A stretch of DNA of 64,000 nt from a phage. The notes under the pieces are model-generated. The model had not been told where the DNA came from. It saw only the letters and a list, made by a program, of their open reading frames with translations, and searched no databases. This document shows, piece after piece, positions 1 through 10,700 of this stretch; within the stretch, counting starts at the first letter, position 1; each line of letters starts with the position of its first letter. The stretch lies in the sequence record PZ445449.1; one strand, given 5' to 3'. The translations under genes were made by a program, and so were the position numbers.

Positions 1-482
1 GATACCTTGACGAAGTTGGTAATCAACTTGGTATTCTTAGGAATGGACTTTCAGATGCTGATTTTCGTGCCACACTAATTATTCAGCAGGCCGCAGCATC
101 AAGGGGCGGGACTCGCGAAGATGTCATCTCCACCTTGCGACAATTGTTCGGAAGAGACAATTTCGATACGTGGAAAGGAGACAACTTCAGGTTTGACATA
201 AATATTAGAAAAACTTGCTTTGACATATTGCAGTCTATCGATCAGATCTTAGATATGCTACCATTGCCTTGTCATTTGCGTCTTACAGAATCGCAAGGGC
301 AAGCTTTTGGTTTTGAAGGGGACTCTACAGCTCTGGGCTTCGGATCAGTGTGGGAAGAAAACCAATTCGGAGTTGGTGGGCTGGCTACTTTGCTATATGT
401 TCCTGACGTAAGACCTGATTGGGACACCACAACCATTTATTGTGAAAGTATTACAGTAAACGCAACTAGACAGGAGGGTTAA
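1..482 (+). CDS. structural protein, C-terminal part (5' end lies outside window)
   Basis: Reading frame open from window start (frame 3) to TAA at 480-482; stop overlaps next start (TAATG); sits in tail module. Confidence 0.5.
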   Translation, partial: YLDEVGNQLGILRNGLSDADFRATLIIQQAAASRGGTREDVISTLRQLFGRDNFDTWKGDNFRFDINIRKTCFDILQSIDQILDMLPLPCHLRLTESQGQAFGFEGDSTALGFGSVWEENQFGVGGLATLLYVPDVRPDWDTTTIYCESITVNATRQEG

Positions 483-2554
483 TGGCAACAGCTGTTTTTA
501 AACCTTACCGTGATTACTCTACAATGGCTGCACAGTTTCATTACCGCACAGTTCAGGATACTGCCGTTCCTGGTAGAGATTATGATCATGTTGAGGGCGA
601 TGTAACTATCCCAGTTGGGGCAACCAGTATTGAGATCCCAGTGGAAATTGTTGACAAATTACCCAACAGGTTGCCAAGAAGCTTCTTTATGGAGTTTTCA
701 TCAAAATCTCAAGGAGTGATGATTGGAACACAAAGGGCGAAATGTACAATAGTTTCAGATGAGAATCTTGACAGGATATCTTGGGATACTGTTGAGGAGA
801 GAATGTTTCACCCAAGATACTGGGTTACAACCACTCAGCAGACTGAAAGTACCTGTATTGTTGCAGATAACAACTGTTGTATTAACCGTTTAGTGTCAAG
901 AACATATGGAGGTATGGCTGGGTGCATTTGGGAAACAGTTGACAAGTATGACCATTTCGGTATTGGGTTTGATGATCACTATGAGATGAGAAACACCAAG
1001 CTTTGGTTCAGAATGTCAATAACCAACGCCAGCAACTTCTCCACTCCTGAAAAGATGATTATGACTGTAGACCTTGTTGATGGCACAATCATCTATGTTC
1101 CTTTAGCTCAATATGCTGTCAGCATCTCAGAGGATAAAAATGTTGCAGAAATTCATATTGATTTTGAGGACTGCGTCGGGATGGACCAGAACAACAACAT
1201 GATGGGTGTTGATCCTCGGCAGGTGAGAAGGATTTTAATACCACTTATGCCTAAAGACTGGGTAAGTAATAGCACAGATCCAAGAACGGAAAATGTAGAG
1301 TGTGAGTTGCGCCTAGATCTGCTTCAGCCAGACACAGGCTGGAAAATGATGCAACTTAATAATATCCAGGTGAGAGAGCACGACGTTGGGATCTGCACCG
1401 CATATGACGATATGTGGAACGTGTCCCCTTTAAGGGTGTTGAACAATATCAAGCGTCTGGGCTATACCGGAACCATAAACCATTATGTTGGTATGAGTCA
1501 TTATTATGACTACACATGGTCAGGAACCCAATGGTCTATAAACAGAACAGGAGCGCTAAACGCTGCAGCTTATAAATGGCATGATGATTTTATGTACAAT
1601 GCCAAACGACATAACTTCGACGTTATGCAATCTGTAAGTTTTGAGCTTTTCAGCGATGCCTGCCCGTTGGAATGGACCCAAAGAGACTGGAACGATAACT
1701 ACGCTAAAACAGGGTATACACCTTGTAGCTACCTCCTGTCTCCAACCATTGAAGAGGGTATGAATTTCCTTACTGCAGTATTTAAGAATTTTGCATCAGC
1801 CGCTATGAGAAACAACCTGCCAGTGATTATGCAGGTTGGTGAACCGTGGTGGTGGTACAATACCGATACTCGTAGACCTTGTATTTATGATTACCCTACA
1901 AAACAGGCGTTTTATGATGAGACAGGCGAGTATGCATTAGATATTGGGACTATTGACGATCCTAAAACTGGCGGTGTTTACGATAAGTATGTAGCATTTT
2001 GTCGTGGTAAGCTTGGCGCTCGTATTGCGGCTATTTCAAAGGCAATAAAGGCACACGCTGCATCAGCTCAGATGACAGCTCTACTGTTTTTCCCAACCAT
2101 TATGGAAACCGAGCTTACGCAAAAGCTTAACCTTGCTGACCAATATAAAAAGGAAGCAGGTGCTCTTGATTTCTTCTGCACCGAGTGCTACGATTGGGTG
2201 ATGCAGGGAGGTATTGAAAAGGCAAAAGAGTCTGTAAACATACCTATCGTTAAGTTAGGTTGGCAACCGTCTGAAATACAATACCTTGCAGGGTTCGTTC
2301 CTAGTAAAGAGCTTGCTCCGGTATATGGTTACGACCCAACCAGGAATTACCAAGAATTTTTATGGAGATGTATTTGCGGAAACATGGCAACTATAGAGTA
2401 TAGATATCCTGAGGTAAAACAGTATGTGTGGGCATACCCGCAAGTAATGTCTGACAGCATCACTGTTACCGCTAGAGATTCTACCGTGCTTCATATGGGG
2501 CAGGTTGCTCTGAAAGGGTATGTAGAAGATGTTGTCCCGCCAGACTTCTCATAA
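482..2554 (+). CDS. virion structural protein (tail/baseplate-associated), N-terminal Calx-beta-like motif
   Basis: 690-aa ORF, ATG overlapping upstream stop; N-terminal segment GRDYDHVEGDVTIPVGATSIEIPVEIVD resembles Calx-beta pattern; position upstream of tail fibres. Confidence 0.6.
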   Translation: MATAVFKPYRDYSTMAAQFHYRTVQDTAVPGRDYDHVEGDVTIPVGATSIEIPVEIVDKLPNRLPRSFFMEFSSKSQGVMIGTQRAKCTIVSDENLDRISWDTVEERMFHPRYWVTTTQQTESTCIVADNNCCINRLVSRTYGGMAGCIWETVDKYDHFGIGFDDHYEMRNTKLWFRMSITNASNFSTPEKMIMTVDLVDGTIIYVPLAQYAVSISEDKNVAEIHIDFEDCVGMDQNNNMMGVDPRQVRRILIPLMPKDWVSNSTDPRTENVECELRLDLLQPDTGWKMMQLNNIQVREHDVGICTAYDDMWNVSPLRVLNNIKRLGYTGTINHYVGMSHYYDYTWSGTQWSINRTGALNAAAYKWHDDFMYNAKRHNFDVMQSVSFELFSDACPLEWTQRDWNDNYAKTGYTPCSYLLSPTIEEGMNFLTAVFKNFASAAMRNNLPVIMQVGEPWWWYNTDTRRPCIYDYPTKQAFYDETGEYALDIGTIDDPKTGGVYDKYVAFCRGKLGARIAAISKAIKAHAASAQMTALLFFPTIMETELTQKLNLADQYKKEAGALDFFCTECYDWVMQGGIEKAKESVNIPIVKLGWQPSEIQYLAGFVPSKELAPVYGYDPTRNYQEFLWRCICGNMATIEYRYPEVKQYVWAYPQVMSDSITVTARDSTVLHMGQVALKGYVEDVVPPDFS

Positions 2555-2566
2555 TCAGGAGATAAA

Positions 2567-3607
2567 ATGTCAAAACCTAGTTTTCCATTAGAGATTTGGG
2601 CAGAGGAGGATCAGGTTCTGCCTAACACCCACAGACAGAACAGGCTACGCCCGATTGATGATTTGTGGAGAAAAGGTTGGGATCTTGGTCAAAAGCCCTC
2701 ATGTGAAGAACTTAACTATATTTTCAATATGCTCGGGACTTGGGCAAAATACATCGCTGACGAGCAGATCCCCGCTCAAGAAGGCCGTTATCTGGTACGT
2801 GATAATAACTTGAGTGATCTTTTGAACATTCCTGTTGCCCGTAGAAACCTTGGGATTATTACTAAGGAAGAGGCAGACGCCAGGTATGTAAAAGTTACAG
2901 GTGATACAATGACAGGCCCATTGGGTTTGCAACGTATCAACTTTAAAGCTGCCGAGTCAGATAAGGCTTGGATAGAGACAACTATTGGCCCAGATAAGAC
3001 AACTCTCGACTTTGGGTTAAGTGATAATACCGGGTCGTTTGATGATGGTGGTACATCTACAGTGGATGCGTTCCGTTGGAGATTCCAGCCAACTCAGCCG
3101 GATATTAATCCAGAGTTCACTTTGATGTACCTTAACGCGATCACGGCTAACCGTGCGCTGTTGAAAGTGGTAGGCAATGTTGAAGTTGTCGATAACATGA
3201 GGTGCAATAACCTTACTATCAGCAATACAGCGACATTCACCAACTGTAATGTGGCTAGTCAGTTGACGGCTGGGTCAGTGTATGTTAATGGTGGTGCAAG
3301 TTGTGACAGTATGGTTGTAAGAAGCCAGCACTGTGTTGTCGGTAACAGAAATGTGGTTCGCTCTGTGAACGGAGTGACGGCTAACGGTAACGGTGATGTA
3401 ACGATCACTATCCCGCAGACAGGTGTGCAAGACATCAGAATCGGTGCAAGACTTGTTGACGGCGTTTCCGAATCTCCAATTCGCAACGGCTACGTTGTCA
3501 CAGGCTGGCATTTCGGTGACAAAAAAGAGATGCGTGGTTCAACCTACTGGGCAGGACCCTTACAAAAACTTGTAAATGGTCAATGGATCACTGTTAATTA
3601 TGCATAG
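2567..3607 (+). CDS. tail fibre protein, paralog 1
   Basis: 346 aa; RBS AGGAG upstream; N-terminus (PLEIWA..W..GW) and C-terminus (QKLVNGQWITVNYA) shared with ORF 4619-5665; Gly/Asn/Thr/Val-rich beta-rich middle. Confidence 0.7.
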   Translation: MSKPSFPLEIWAEEDQVLPNTHRQNRLRPIDDLWRKGWDLGQKPSCEELNYIFNMLGTWAKYIADEQIPAQEGRYLVRDNNLSDLLNIPVARRNLGIITKEEADARYVKVTGDTMTGPLGLQRINFKAAESDKAWIETTIGPDKTTLDFGLSDNTGSFDDGGTSTVDAFRWRFQPTQPDINPEFTLMYLNAITANRALLKVVGNVEVVDNMRCNNLTISNTATFTNCNVASQLTAGSVYVNGGASCDSMVVRSQHCVVGNRNVVRSVNGVTANGNGDVTITIPQTGVQDIRIGARLVDGVSESPIRNGYVVTGWHFGDKKEMRGSTYWAGPLQKLVNGQWITVNYA

Positions 3608-3621
3608 ATCGGAGGACTAGC

Positions 3622-4206
3622 ATGAAAATACTTCAAGAGTTTAAACTTTACCAACCGGGATCTGGCGAATACCACTCCAACAAGGAAACCAAGGAGCTGA
3701 CCCCTCAAGAGGTCGAGGATTACACCGCATACACTGGGTATTTTTTACGTAATGATGATGGTGATTGGTATGTGCAGTCACGAACATTACGACAAGAAAA
3801 TCCAGGGTGTATCTTCCTACTTGTTGACGAGAAGGGAATTCTTAAGACATCTACAGAAGAACCTGATGCCTTATGGCCTGCTCCAGGTCTTCGTGTGGTT
3901 ATCGCCAAAAAAGAAGAGGTACCAGAAAACATTATGCTTCACCACGACGCTTTGCGTTTAGTTGGTGATGAATTTGTCACAGACAATGAATTCTTTGTTC
4001 AACAGGCAGAGGGTGTCATAGAGACAGAACTTGCTTGGGCTACTGCTAGAATTGGTGCCTATCAAGACATGATTGACCTTGAATATGATCTTACTGATGA
4101 CCAGAAACGTAACATCAGAGATTTGAAAATGTACAGGGTAAAACTTCTTGAAATAGATACATCTAAAGCCCCTGACATTTTCTTCCCGGAGCGACCTACC
4201 CTCTAA
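3622..4206 (+). CDS. tail fibre assembly / chaperone-like protein
   Basis: 194 aa directly downstream of a tail fibre gene; C-terminal ...DIFFPERP resembles the conserved end of tail fibre assembly proteins. Confidence 0.5.
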   Translation: MKILQEFKLYQPGSGEYHSNKETKELTPQEVEDYTAYTGYFLRNDDGDWYVQSRTLRQENPGCIFLLVDEKGILKTSTEEPDALWPAPGLRVVIAKKEEVPENIMLHHDALRLVGDEFVTDNEFFVQQAEGVIETELAWATARIGAYQDMIDLEYDLTDDQKRNIRDLKMYRVKLLEIDTSKAPDIFFPERPTL

Positions 4207-4217
4207 GAGGAGGTGTT

Positions 4218-4532
4218 GTGGAGTTGGATTTGGCGGCATTGTACGGTATCTGCATGGGTACCGTTGTCCCAATCTGTGTATGGGCTTTCAACCAGTGGCA
4301 CACCAAATGGAAAGGCATTTCCAAGAGGTTGGATGAGCTGGAGAAAGACCTCATCTTAGTGAAAAACAGTATGGTTACAAAAGATAAACTTGATTCCGTT
4401 ATAGAGACCCGGTTAAGCAAGCTAGAGGCCGATATTAACGACCTTAAGCAGGATGTCAGGACAGATGTCTCCGGCATCAGAGCCGATGTACAAAAGATTT
4501 TGCACATGCTCGTAGAGCATAGTAAAAGGTAA
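4218..4532 (+). CDS. small membrane protein with coiled-coil region
   Basis: 104 aa, GTG start with AGGAGG 6 nt upstream; hydrophobic N-terminal helix then heptad-like charged region. Confidence 0.45.
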   Translation: MELDLAALYGICMGTVVPICVWAFNQWHTKWKGISKRLDELEKDLILVKNSMVTKDKLDSVIETRLSKLEADINDLKQDVRTDVSGIRADVQKILHMLVEHSKR

Positions 4533-4541
4533 ACAAAGGTC

Positions 4542-4575
4542 AGAACGGAAAGGACTCCGTTCTTGCATTTTGTTC
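4542..4575 (+). terminator. intrinsic terminator
   Basis: Hairpin GAACGGA-aaggact-TCCGTTC followed by T-rich tract, after stop of 4218-4532. Confidence 0.5.
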
Positions 4576-4618
4576 CCTAAAGTGTTAAAATAGTCCTAAG
4601 GAATTTTCTCAGGAGAAC

Positions 4619-5665
4619 GTGATGACTAAACCAGTTATCCCTCTTGATATTTGGGCCAATCAGGATGTTGTGCTTGAAAATACGGGAGAGTTGAATAAGT
4701 CTCAACCAAAAAAAGAAGAGAGATTGAAAGGTTGGGATATGACACAAAGAGTGGCATGTGAAGTTGTTAACTTTGAACTTCACATGCTTTCTGCGTGGTT
4801 AAAGCATTTAACAGAAGATGTTGTCCCAGGATGGGATAATAGATTCTTAAGGGTCACTAATAATCTAGCAGACGTTCCAGACAAAGCTGCTGCACGTCAA
4901 GTTCTCAATGTATACTCGCCTGAAGAAATGGACGATCTGTATGTTGACAAGTCTGGAGACATAATGACTCAGACTCAAACTTTAGGCCTTCAAAGAATCG
5001 AGTTTGCATCTGCGTCAACAGACAATGCGGCAATATATACCACCATAACTCCAGACAAGACGACGATGGATTTCTGGATTATGGACAACATCGGTGGTGC
5101 TGACGGCACAGACCTTGATGATCCTTCTCACCAAATAGACGGGTTCCGTTGGAGATTTCAACCTTCTGGTGGGCAGCCTGTGTTTTCGGCTATGAAGCTC
5201 AATGCTATAACTGCCAACCGTGCAAGACTGGCCATCCAAGGAAATCTTGAATGCAACGATGCAAAAAGTTCCTCTGCAAATGCCAATGCGGTCACGATAC
5301 CAAGAGCCACTGTTAACGGACAACAATCCTGCGGAAGCGCTCAAATAGGTGGAAGAGTTGATTGTAACGATGAAACAGTCAGGGGTCAATATGCAACAGT
5401 TGGTGGAAGAAACGTGGTCCGCAGGGTAAATGGTAACGGCGCAGACAGTAGTGGCAACCTTACTATCCCTATGCCCAGCAGAGGGGTTGATGATGTAAGG
5501 ATAGCAAACCGTTTCAAAACCACCTACAGAGAGTCAAGAGTCTACCCTGGACATGTGATGTGCTCTGGTAACTACGCTTATAAACACCCTTATCAAGGTG
5601 ATTACTGGACAGGTGCTATCCAAAAACTTGTAAATGGTCAATGGATCACTATATCTTATGCTTAA
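4619..5665 (+). CDS. tail fibre protein, paralog 2
   Basis: 348 aa; shares N- and C-terminal blocks with 2567-3607 (C-term QKLVNGQWITISYA); identical 30-nt stretch at 3' ends of both genes. Confidence 0.7.
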   Translation: MMTKPVIPLDIWANQDVVLENTGELNKSQPKKEERLKGWDMTQRVACEVVNFELHMLSAWLKHLTEDVVPGWDNRFLRVTNNLADVPDKAAARQVLNVYSPEEMDDLYVDKSGDIMTQTQTLGLQRIEFASASTDNAAIYTTITPDKTTMDFWIMDNIGGADGTDLDDPSHQIDGFRWRFQPSGGQPVFSAMKLNAITANRARLAIQGNLECNDAKSSSANANAVTIPRATVNGQQSCGSAQIGGRVDCNDETVRGQYATVGGRNVVRRVNGNGADSSGNLTIPMPSRGVDDVRIANRFKTTYRESRVYPGHVMCSGNYAYKHPYQGDYWTGAIQKLVNGQWITISYA

Positions 5666-5676
5666 AAAGAGGGTAA

Positions 5677-5943
5677 ATGAAACTAACTCAGTTTTTATGG
5701 GGACTGGTTGCGGCATCTGATGACCCTACGAAAGTGTCCCAAACTAAGCTATGGTCGAACATAGGCATGGCGGTGATGACTGGGGTGTTTATTCATATGG
5801 GGTATAATGATACGCTTCCTGAATGGTATGCGTGGATATACGCGCCTTCGGTAGCTTGCCCCCAGCTTATTAGCAAATTCATCTCGCTCCGGTGGGGTTG
5901 CCAGCACCCTGACCACGTTAAAAACGAAGAGCAAAAAGCTTAA
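5677..5943 (+). CDS. hypothetical small protein
   Basis: 88 aa, ATG with AGAGGG RBS; between tail fibre genes. Confidence 0.5.
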   Translation: MKLTQFLWGLVAASDDPTKVSQTKLWSNIGMAVMTGVFIHMGYNDTLPEWYAWIYAPSVACPQLISKFISLRWGCQHPDHVKNEEQKA

Positions 5944-5952
5944 GGAGAAATC

Positions 5953-7698
5953 ATGGCGCAAGACATGACAAGCTTTGAGCAGGCGGTAGATCAAGTAATT
6001 GTTGATTCTGAACGTTTGCACCTGATTGTCAACGGTAACGCTGTGGATGAAGTTGTCGTAGAGGATGGGACCACCATCCCTACGGTACGAAAAGCCATGC
6101 TTGACACCCTTTATTTTAAAACGCCACCGATCCCTTGGGCGTATGGTGCATCCACAACAGTTTTTAACCAGCTGTATGAGTTTAAAGGGGATACAGGCCC
6201 TCAGTGGTGGTACGCTCCCGCAGCATCAAAATCTAACCCGGTTAGAATGCCAGCAGATCCTTCACAATCTCCAAACTGGAGATTATACACCGACTCTGCA
6301 GTAATGGCAAAATACTACGCAAAACTTAACAGCCCAAGGTTCGAAGGTGACCCGCGAGTACCTACACCTCCAATGGACGATAAGTCAGAGTCCATAGCAA
6401 ACACAGAGTTTGTTGTTGACTATGTTGATAGCATATTTGAAGCCATGGAGGGGATGAAAGTTACTGTAGGGTCTTTGGTGGTAAAAGGTCTTACAGAACT
6501 CGCCAACACCATAGTTGGGGGCACCCTTACCTTACATGGACCTGTTAATGGAGCAGATTCTACTGCACGCTTCAGGAACCTAATCCTCACGGCAAATACT
6601 TCTACACTTACTTTTGCGTGGAGCGATCCTAAGCATACAGACTGGAGAAGTACAGAGCTGCAACCTCATGAAGTGTCCACCCACAGGGTTATAGCTGACA
6701 CTATAACTTCTGGGAAACCAGTGGCTAATAATAACGATGTGCATTTTGATGGTCTGGGTAATAACTTTTTTGACTACGTGTACATTCGTGGTAATGCCAT
6801 GAAGGCAGCAACCGAACCGACATTGCAGGTCGATGGGACCACCAGGGTTAAGAACCTTGAGGTGACAGGTACCGTTACAGGGATAACATACTCTGTCGAT
6901 GGCACCATGATCTACCCTAGCTATATTGAAAGCACGGGTGATGCATTGATAAATGGCGATTTGGAGGTTGGCGGGTCTGTAGTTATTCGAGGTACAGCCT
7001 CTATCCAAAATATAGCTCTGAATACTCTAAGAGTCAATGAGCGTGCAACTTTTGAAGGAGAAGGGCTTACAGCCAATAAAGGTACAATTACCGAGCTAAC
7101 CACCACCACTTTAACTGCAACAACTGCAAACTCTGAAAACTGCAACATTACCAGAAACTTGCAGGTAAATGGAGATGTTAGTTTAAACGCCGCAGGGACT
7201 GGCACCACCCACCTTCACAACCTTGAAATATCCGGCACAGTGACCGGGTGGCTGCCAGACTTCTCTAATGTCAACTTTGTCTGTAATGGCATTAACTCCA
7301 GTGGTAAGATAACCACCTCTCAAGAAATTGAGGCGGGTAAAACCATTACTGCCCCCACTTTCCACGCAGGAAAGGTAGATTTTGACTTAGAGGAGGTTGA
7401 CGCGTCCAGTGGGACATGGACACCTAACGGGCAGGCCAGCATGTATGTTGTCCACGCGAAAGGGGATTTTACAATAGGACAGTGGCCTGGGACATCAGCG
7501 GAAGATAAACCTTATCCATTCACTGCAGTTATCTATGTCATTCAGGATGCTGTAGGTCACAACGTGACTTTGCACGATAAGTATGCTATCCTGTCGGCAA
7601 CACCTGTTATTAACAACAAGGCTAACAGTGTTACCTTGCTGCAATTAACGTATTGTGGTGTTGGTGATATTGTAGACGTAGTAATTGCACAACGTTAA
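5953..7698 (+). CDS. tail fibre / tailspike-like protein with beta-helix repeats
   Basis: 581 aa; repeated LEVTGTVTG / LEISGTVTG / LQVNGDVSL units typical of fibrous beta-structure; RBS AAGGAG. Confidence 0.65.
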   Translation: MAQDMTSFEQAVDQVIVDSERLHLIVNGNAVDEVVVEDGTTIPTVRKAMLDTLYFKTPPIPWAYGASTTVFNQLYEFKGDTGPQWWYAPAASKSNPVRMPADPSQSPNWRLYTDSAVMAKYYAKLNSPRFEGDPRVPTPPMDDKSESIANTEFVVDYVDSIFEAMEGMKVTVGSLVVKGLTELANTIVGGTLTLHGPVNGADSTARFRNLILTANTSTLTFAWSDPKHTDWRSTELQPHEVSTHRVIADTITSGKPVANNNDVHFDGLGNNFFDYVYIRGNAMKAATEPTLQVDGTTRVKNLEVTGTVTGITYSVDGTMIYPSYIESTGDALINGDLEVGGSVVIRGTASIQNIALNTLRVNERATFEGEGLTANKGTITELTTTTLTATTANSENCNITRNLQVNGDVSLNAAGTGTTHLHNLEISGTVTGWLPDFSNVNFVCNGINSSGKITTSQEIEAGKTITAPTFHAGKVDFDLEEVDASSGTWTPNGQASMYVVHAKGDFTIGQWPGTSAEDKPYPFTAVIYVIQDAVGHNVTLHDKYAILSATPVINNKANSVTLLQLTYCGVGDIVDVVIAQR

Positions 7699-7705
7699 TA
7701 TATCT

Positions 7706-7733
7706 AACCGCTCCTGACGGGGCGGTTTTCTTA
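7706..7733 (+). terminator. intrinsic terminator
   Basis: Hairpin AACCGC...GCGGTT followed by TTTTCTT just after stop of 5953-7698. Confidence 0.45.
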
Positions 7734-7746
7734 TCTGGAGAACACA

Positions 7747-10700
7747 ATGCTTCCAATCCCTTTGCTAAAACTTGGTCGTCATTTCCTCGATAAGAGGGGT
7801 GGAATTAAGGAACTTGCTGTTCTGTCATACCCAATAGACAACAGTGATGGTACAAGCAACACAGTATCCTATGTAAATAGCTTAGCTATACTTTTTGATG
7901 ATGGTCAGCTTAATATTACTGGCTATAATAGGTTCGGAGAGTGTCGGACTGGAGATCTTGATACAATAAACTATCCTAATGAGGCAGCTTGGAACGTAGA
8001 CCATGTTTGGAGAGCTGACCGTGCATTTGTAATCCGCACATTCGATAATAAATTTTTCTATATTGGTTGCACAGCTGGTCTTATCGGATCGGAGGCAGCA
8101 GGTGGAAACGATGTTTGTGTCAGAGAGTGGACACCTTTGCCGGAACAGATCGTAACAGGGTTGCATTTGGACACCCATCCTGAGAGACTTGTTGAAGTAA
8201 TGGGTGGCGTAAACAATACAGTGTGGGTAATTGCTGCACCAGAGGCTGATGGTATGCTTCACCTGTACGGCTCTGGCAATAATACTTACGGCTCTCTTCA
8301 TGTTGACAAAAGTCAACACGCTACTCCAGTTAAGATCGGTGAAACATCTGAAAGTCCAGAGACAGGTCCTTGGAAAAATCCAAGAATTAATTGTGAAGTT
8401 CATGACAACTCGGTTATTTTTGGTGGTCCTAACGGATTCTGGATTGCAGGTTACGATTTCTTAAGAAATAACAGCAAAAACACACTAGTTTATCCAGCCG
8501 AGCATGTGACTCTTGACCAGTTTAAAGGCATCCCGGTGGGCGAGACATGGAAAGGGTTCATGTGTGGACCTAATGGTGCAATTATAGCCACAGAAAGGAT
8601 GCACAAACCTGATGACCAACAGCTTGTTAATGTGTTTTATGGTCAGGATGTTTGGGGTGACGACACGTGGAGAAGCCTTAACATCACCTATACCCATGAA
8701 GTAATTATGGCTCGCGGGTACGGGACTAGTGGAATTTTCTTCAATAATGGTACAAAACAGTACCGTGGTTTCTCCAGAAACCTGTGTAACGATATTGGTG
8801 CTCAATCTGCTAATAATAGTCCTAGGGCCAATTTTATTCATTACAGAGCGCTGGCAACAGCTAAGTTTGTTGAACAGACAGAGCCAGTAAGCTGGACAGA
8901 AAGCGTTTATTTTCAAGGGATCCACAGGGAAGGTTTCTTAGGCACATTCTGTGTGGTAAATGGAAAGCTTTGGTGGTCAGGAATACCACGTGGTAGTTTT
9001 TCAGGATCTAATAACCTCTTTGGCGGCAGACTTAACAGCCAAGGGTTCACAGAGATTCCGGAGAATTGGTATAAAAATGTCCCGGTAGATAGCTGGGGTA
9101 TCGAAGACATCTTTGATGTCAATGGTGTGAGCAATGTTAGCAACATTTACATCGGAGATACTGTCAAGATGAAATTGAAACCTCAGCCGGAGGGTGCTAC
9201 GTTCATTATTGACAAGATTGAGTTGGTAAATGCTGCAGGCACTGTTGTTACAGATGCAAACTATCAGTTCTCCACTAACTGGAACCATGGTGGTGCTAAC
9301 GAAGTTGTGGTCACCCAGTATAACCGTAACATCAACAGACGTGGTTTGTATTCTATCAAGATCACCTACCATGACAAGCATGGCACTGGAAGAACCTATA
9401 CGACAAGGACTTTGAACTGGAACACTATAGTTCCTGCGTATCCGTCCAACGGCAAGTGGCATACCGTTGGTAGAAACAAGCAGTTCCATGTTAACGATAC
9501 TGTATACTTTGGGCTGAATGGGACCCAGCCTGCAGTAGAAGGGGATACATCGTATATGGTCAGACTCCACAGAATGGATGCTGGATCAGTCACTTATGAT
9601 GTGACCCAAGAGATCTACGATCAAAGACGCTCCACGTATGACAATATTGTGAAAACACAAGCCTTGTGGGAGTTCAATCCTAATGGCAAGGGTGGTAAAA
9701 TGTTGCAGGTTAATGAGCAGAACGGAACGTCGTTGACTGTTCACGAACACCCAGACCCTTGGCCTGATCCTGGAAAACCTCACCCGGGAGCTCGTACACT
9801 GAAAATTGTCAGCCATGATGCAGGATATTTCGGAATACACTGGGAAGCTACAGTAAGATATGTCGACGGGACAACAAACAACATAGGGATTACACTTGGC
9901 GGCACTAGTGAAGATAACTCGCTGAAAATTGCCTACACGCCCAGAGGTATCTCTATTGATAATATGGATGTTGTTCGCAATGGTTACGGCGATGTGAATG
10001 TCAAAGTTACTCTTGGCGAACATCTTGGTGGGGAAAGGATCATCATGTATGCCTTTGATCATGATCCACGCACCAATGGAACTTATGCAAATCAGGCATG
10101 GAGTTACCTGATAAATGCACCTGAGCCGAATACTAAAGAGTTCTACTATGGTATGAAGCGAGATGTGTGCAAGAAAACAGGAACACATGACTGGATTGCT
10201 ATCTGCGTTAAAGATGAGCGCACAGCTTGGGATGAGCCTGTTAACAGATGGTTCATAGGTATTCCTACCAGAAGTGATAAGTATGTCGCAGAATATATTG
10301 TATGCATGGGCGGTACCAACCTAAACATGTGTTGGAACGAAGATGTAAACAAATACTCTGATTATGACTATATGAGGGATTACTCTTGTAATTTGTGGTT
10401 TAACCAAACTACAGGTTACCCTCCAAGACAGGCGAGAGTAAACCCTGCAATCTTCACAGACACGCAGGTTTTCTTGACAAAACAGGCCAACGAGGTCCAG
10501 ACCTTCAAGAACAAATACGACCCTAATAAGTGGTTCTATAACTGCTATGGGGCATTTTTCTGGGGACCTGGAGAATTACCTGGTGGTGGCTCTTGTTTTG
10601 AGGCTGCAACTTACGCCAGTGACAGATTTATGGGCCAGGTCAAGAAATACAAGATAATTCCAGGGCCTGAAACTTTAGGCAACGCTGTCGACCCCTATAT

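Noticed and set aside
2567-5665. Diversity-generating retroelement targeting the duplicated tail-fibre C-termini
   Set aside because: No reverse-transcriptase-like ORF in the window; the two genes differ along their whole length rather than in a discrete adenine-specific variable repeat; the shared 30-nt 3' block is too short to be a template/variable repeat pair
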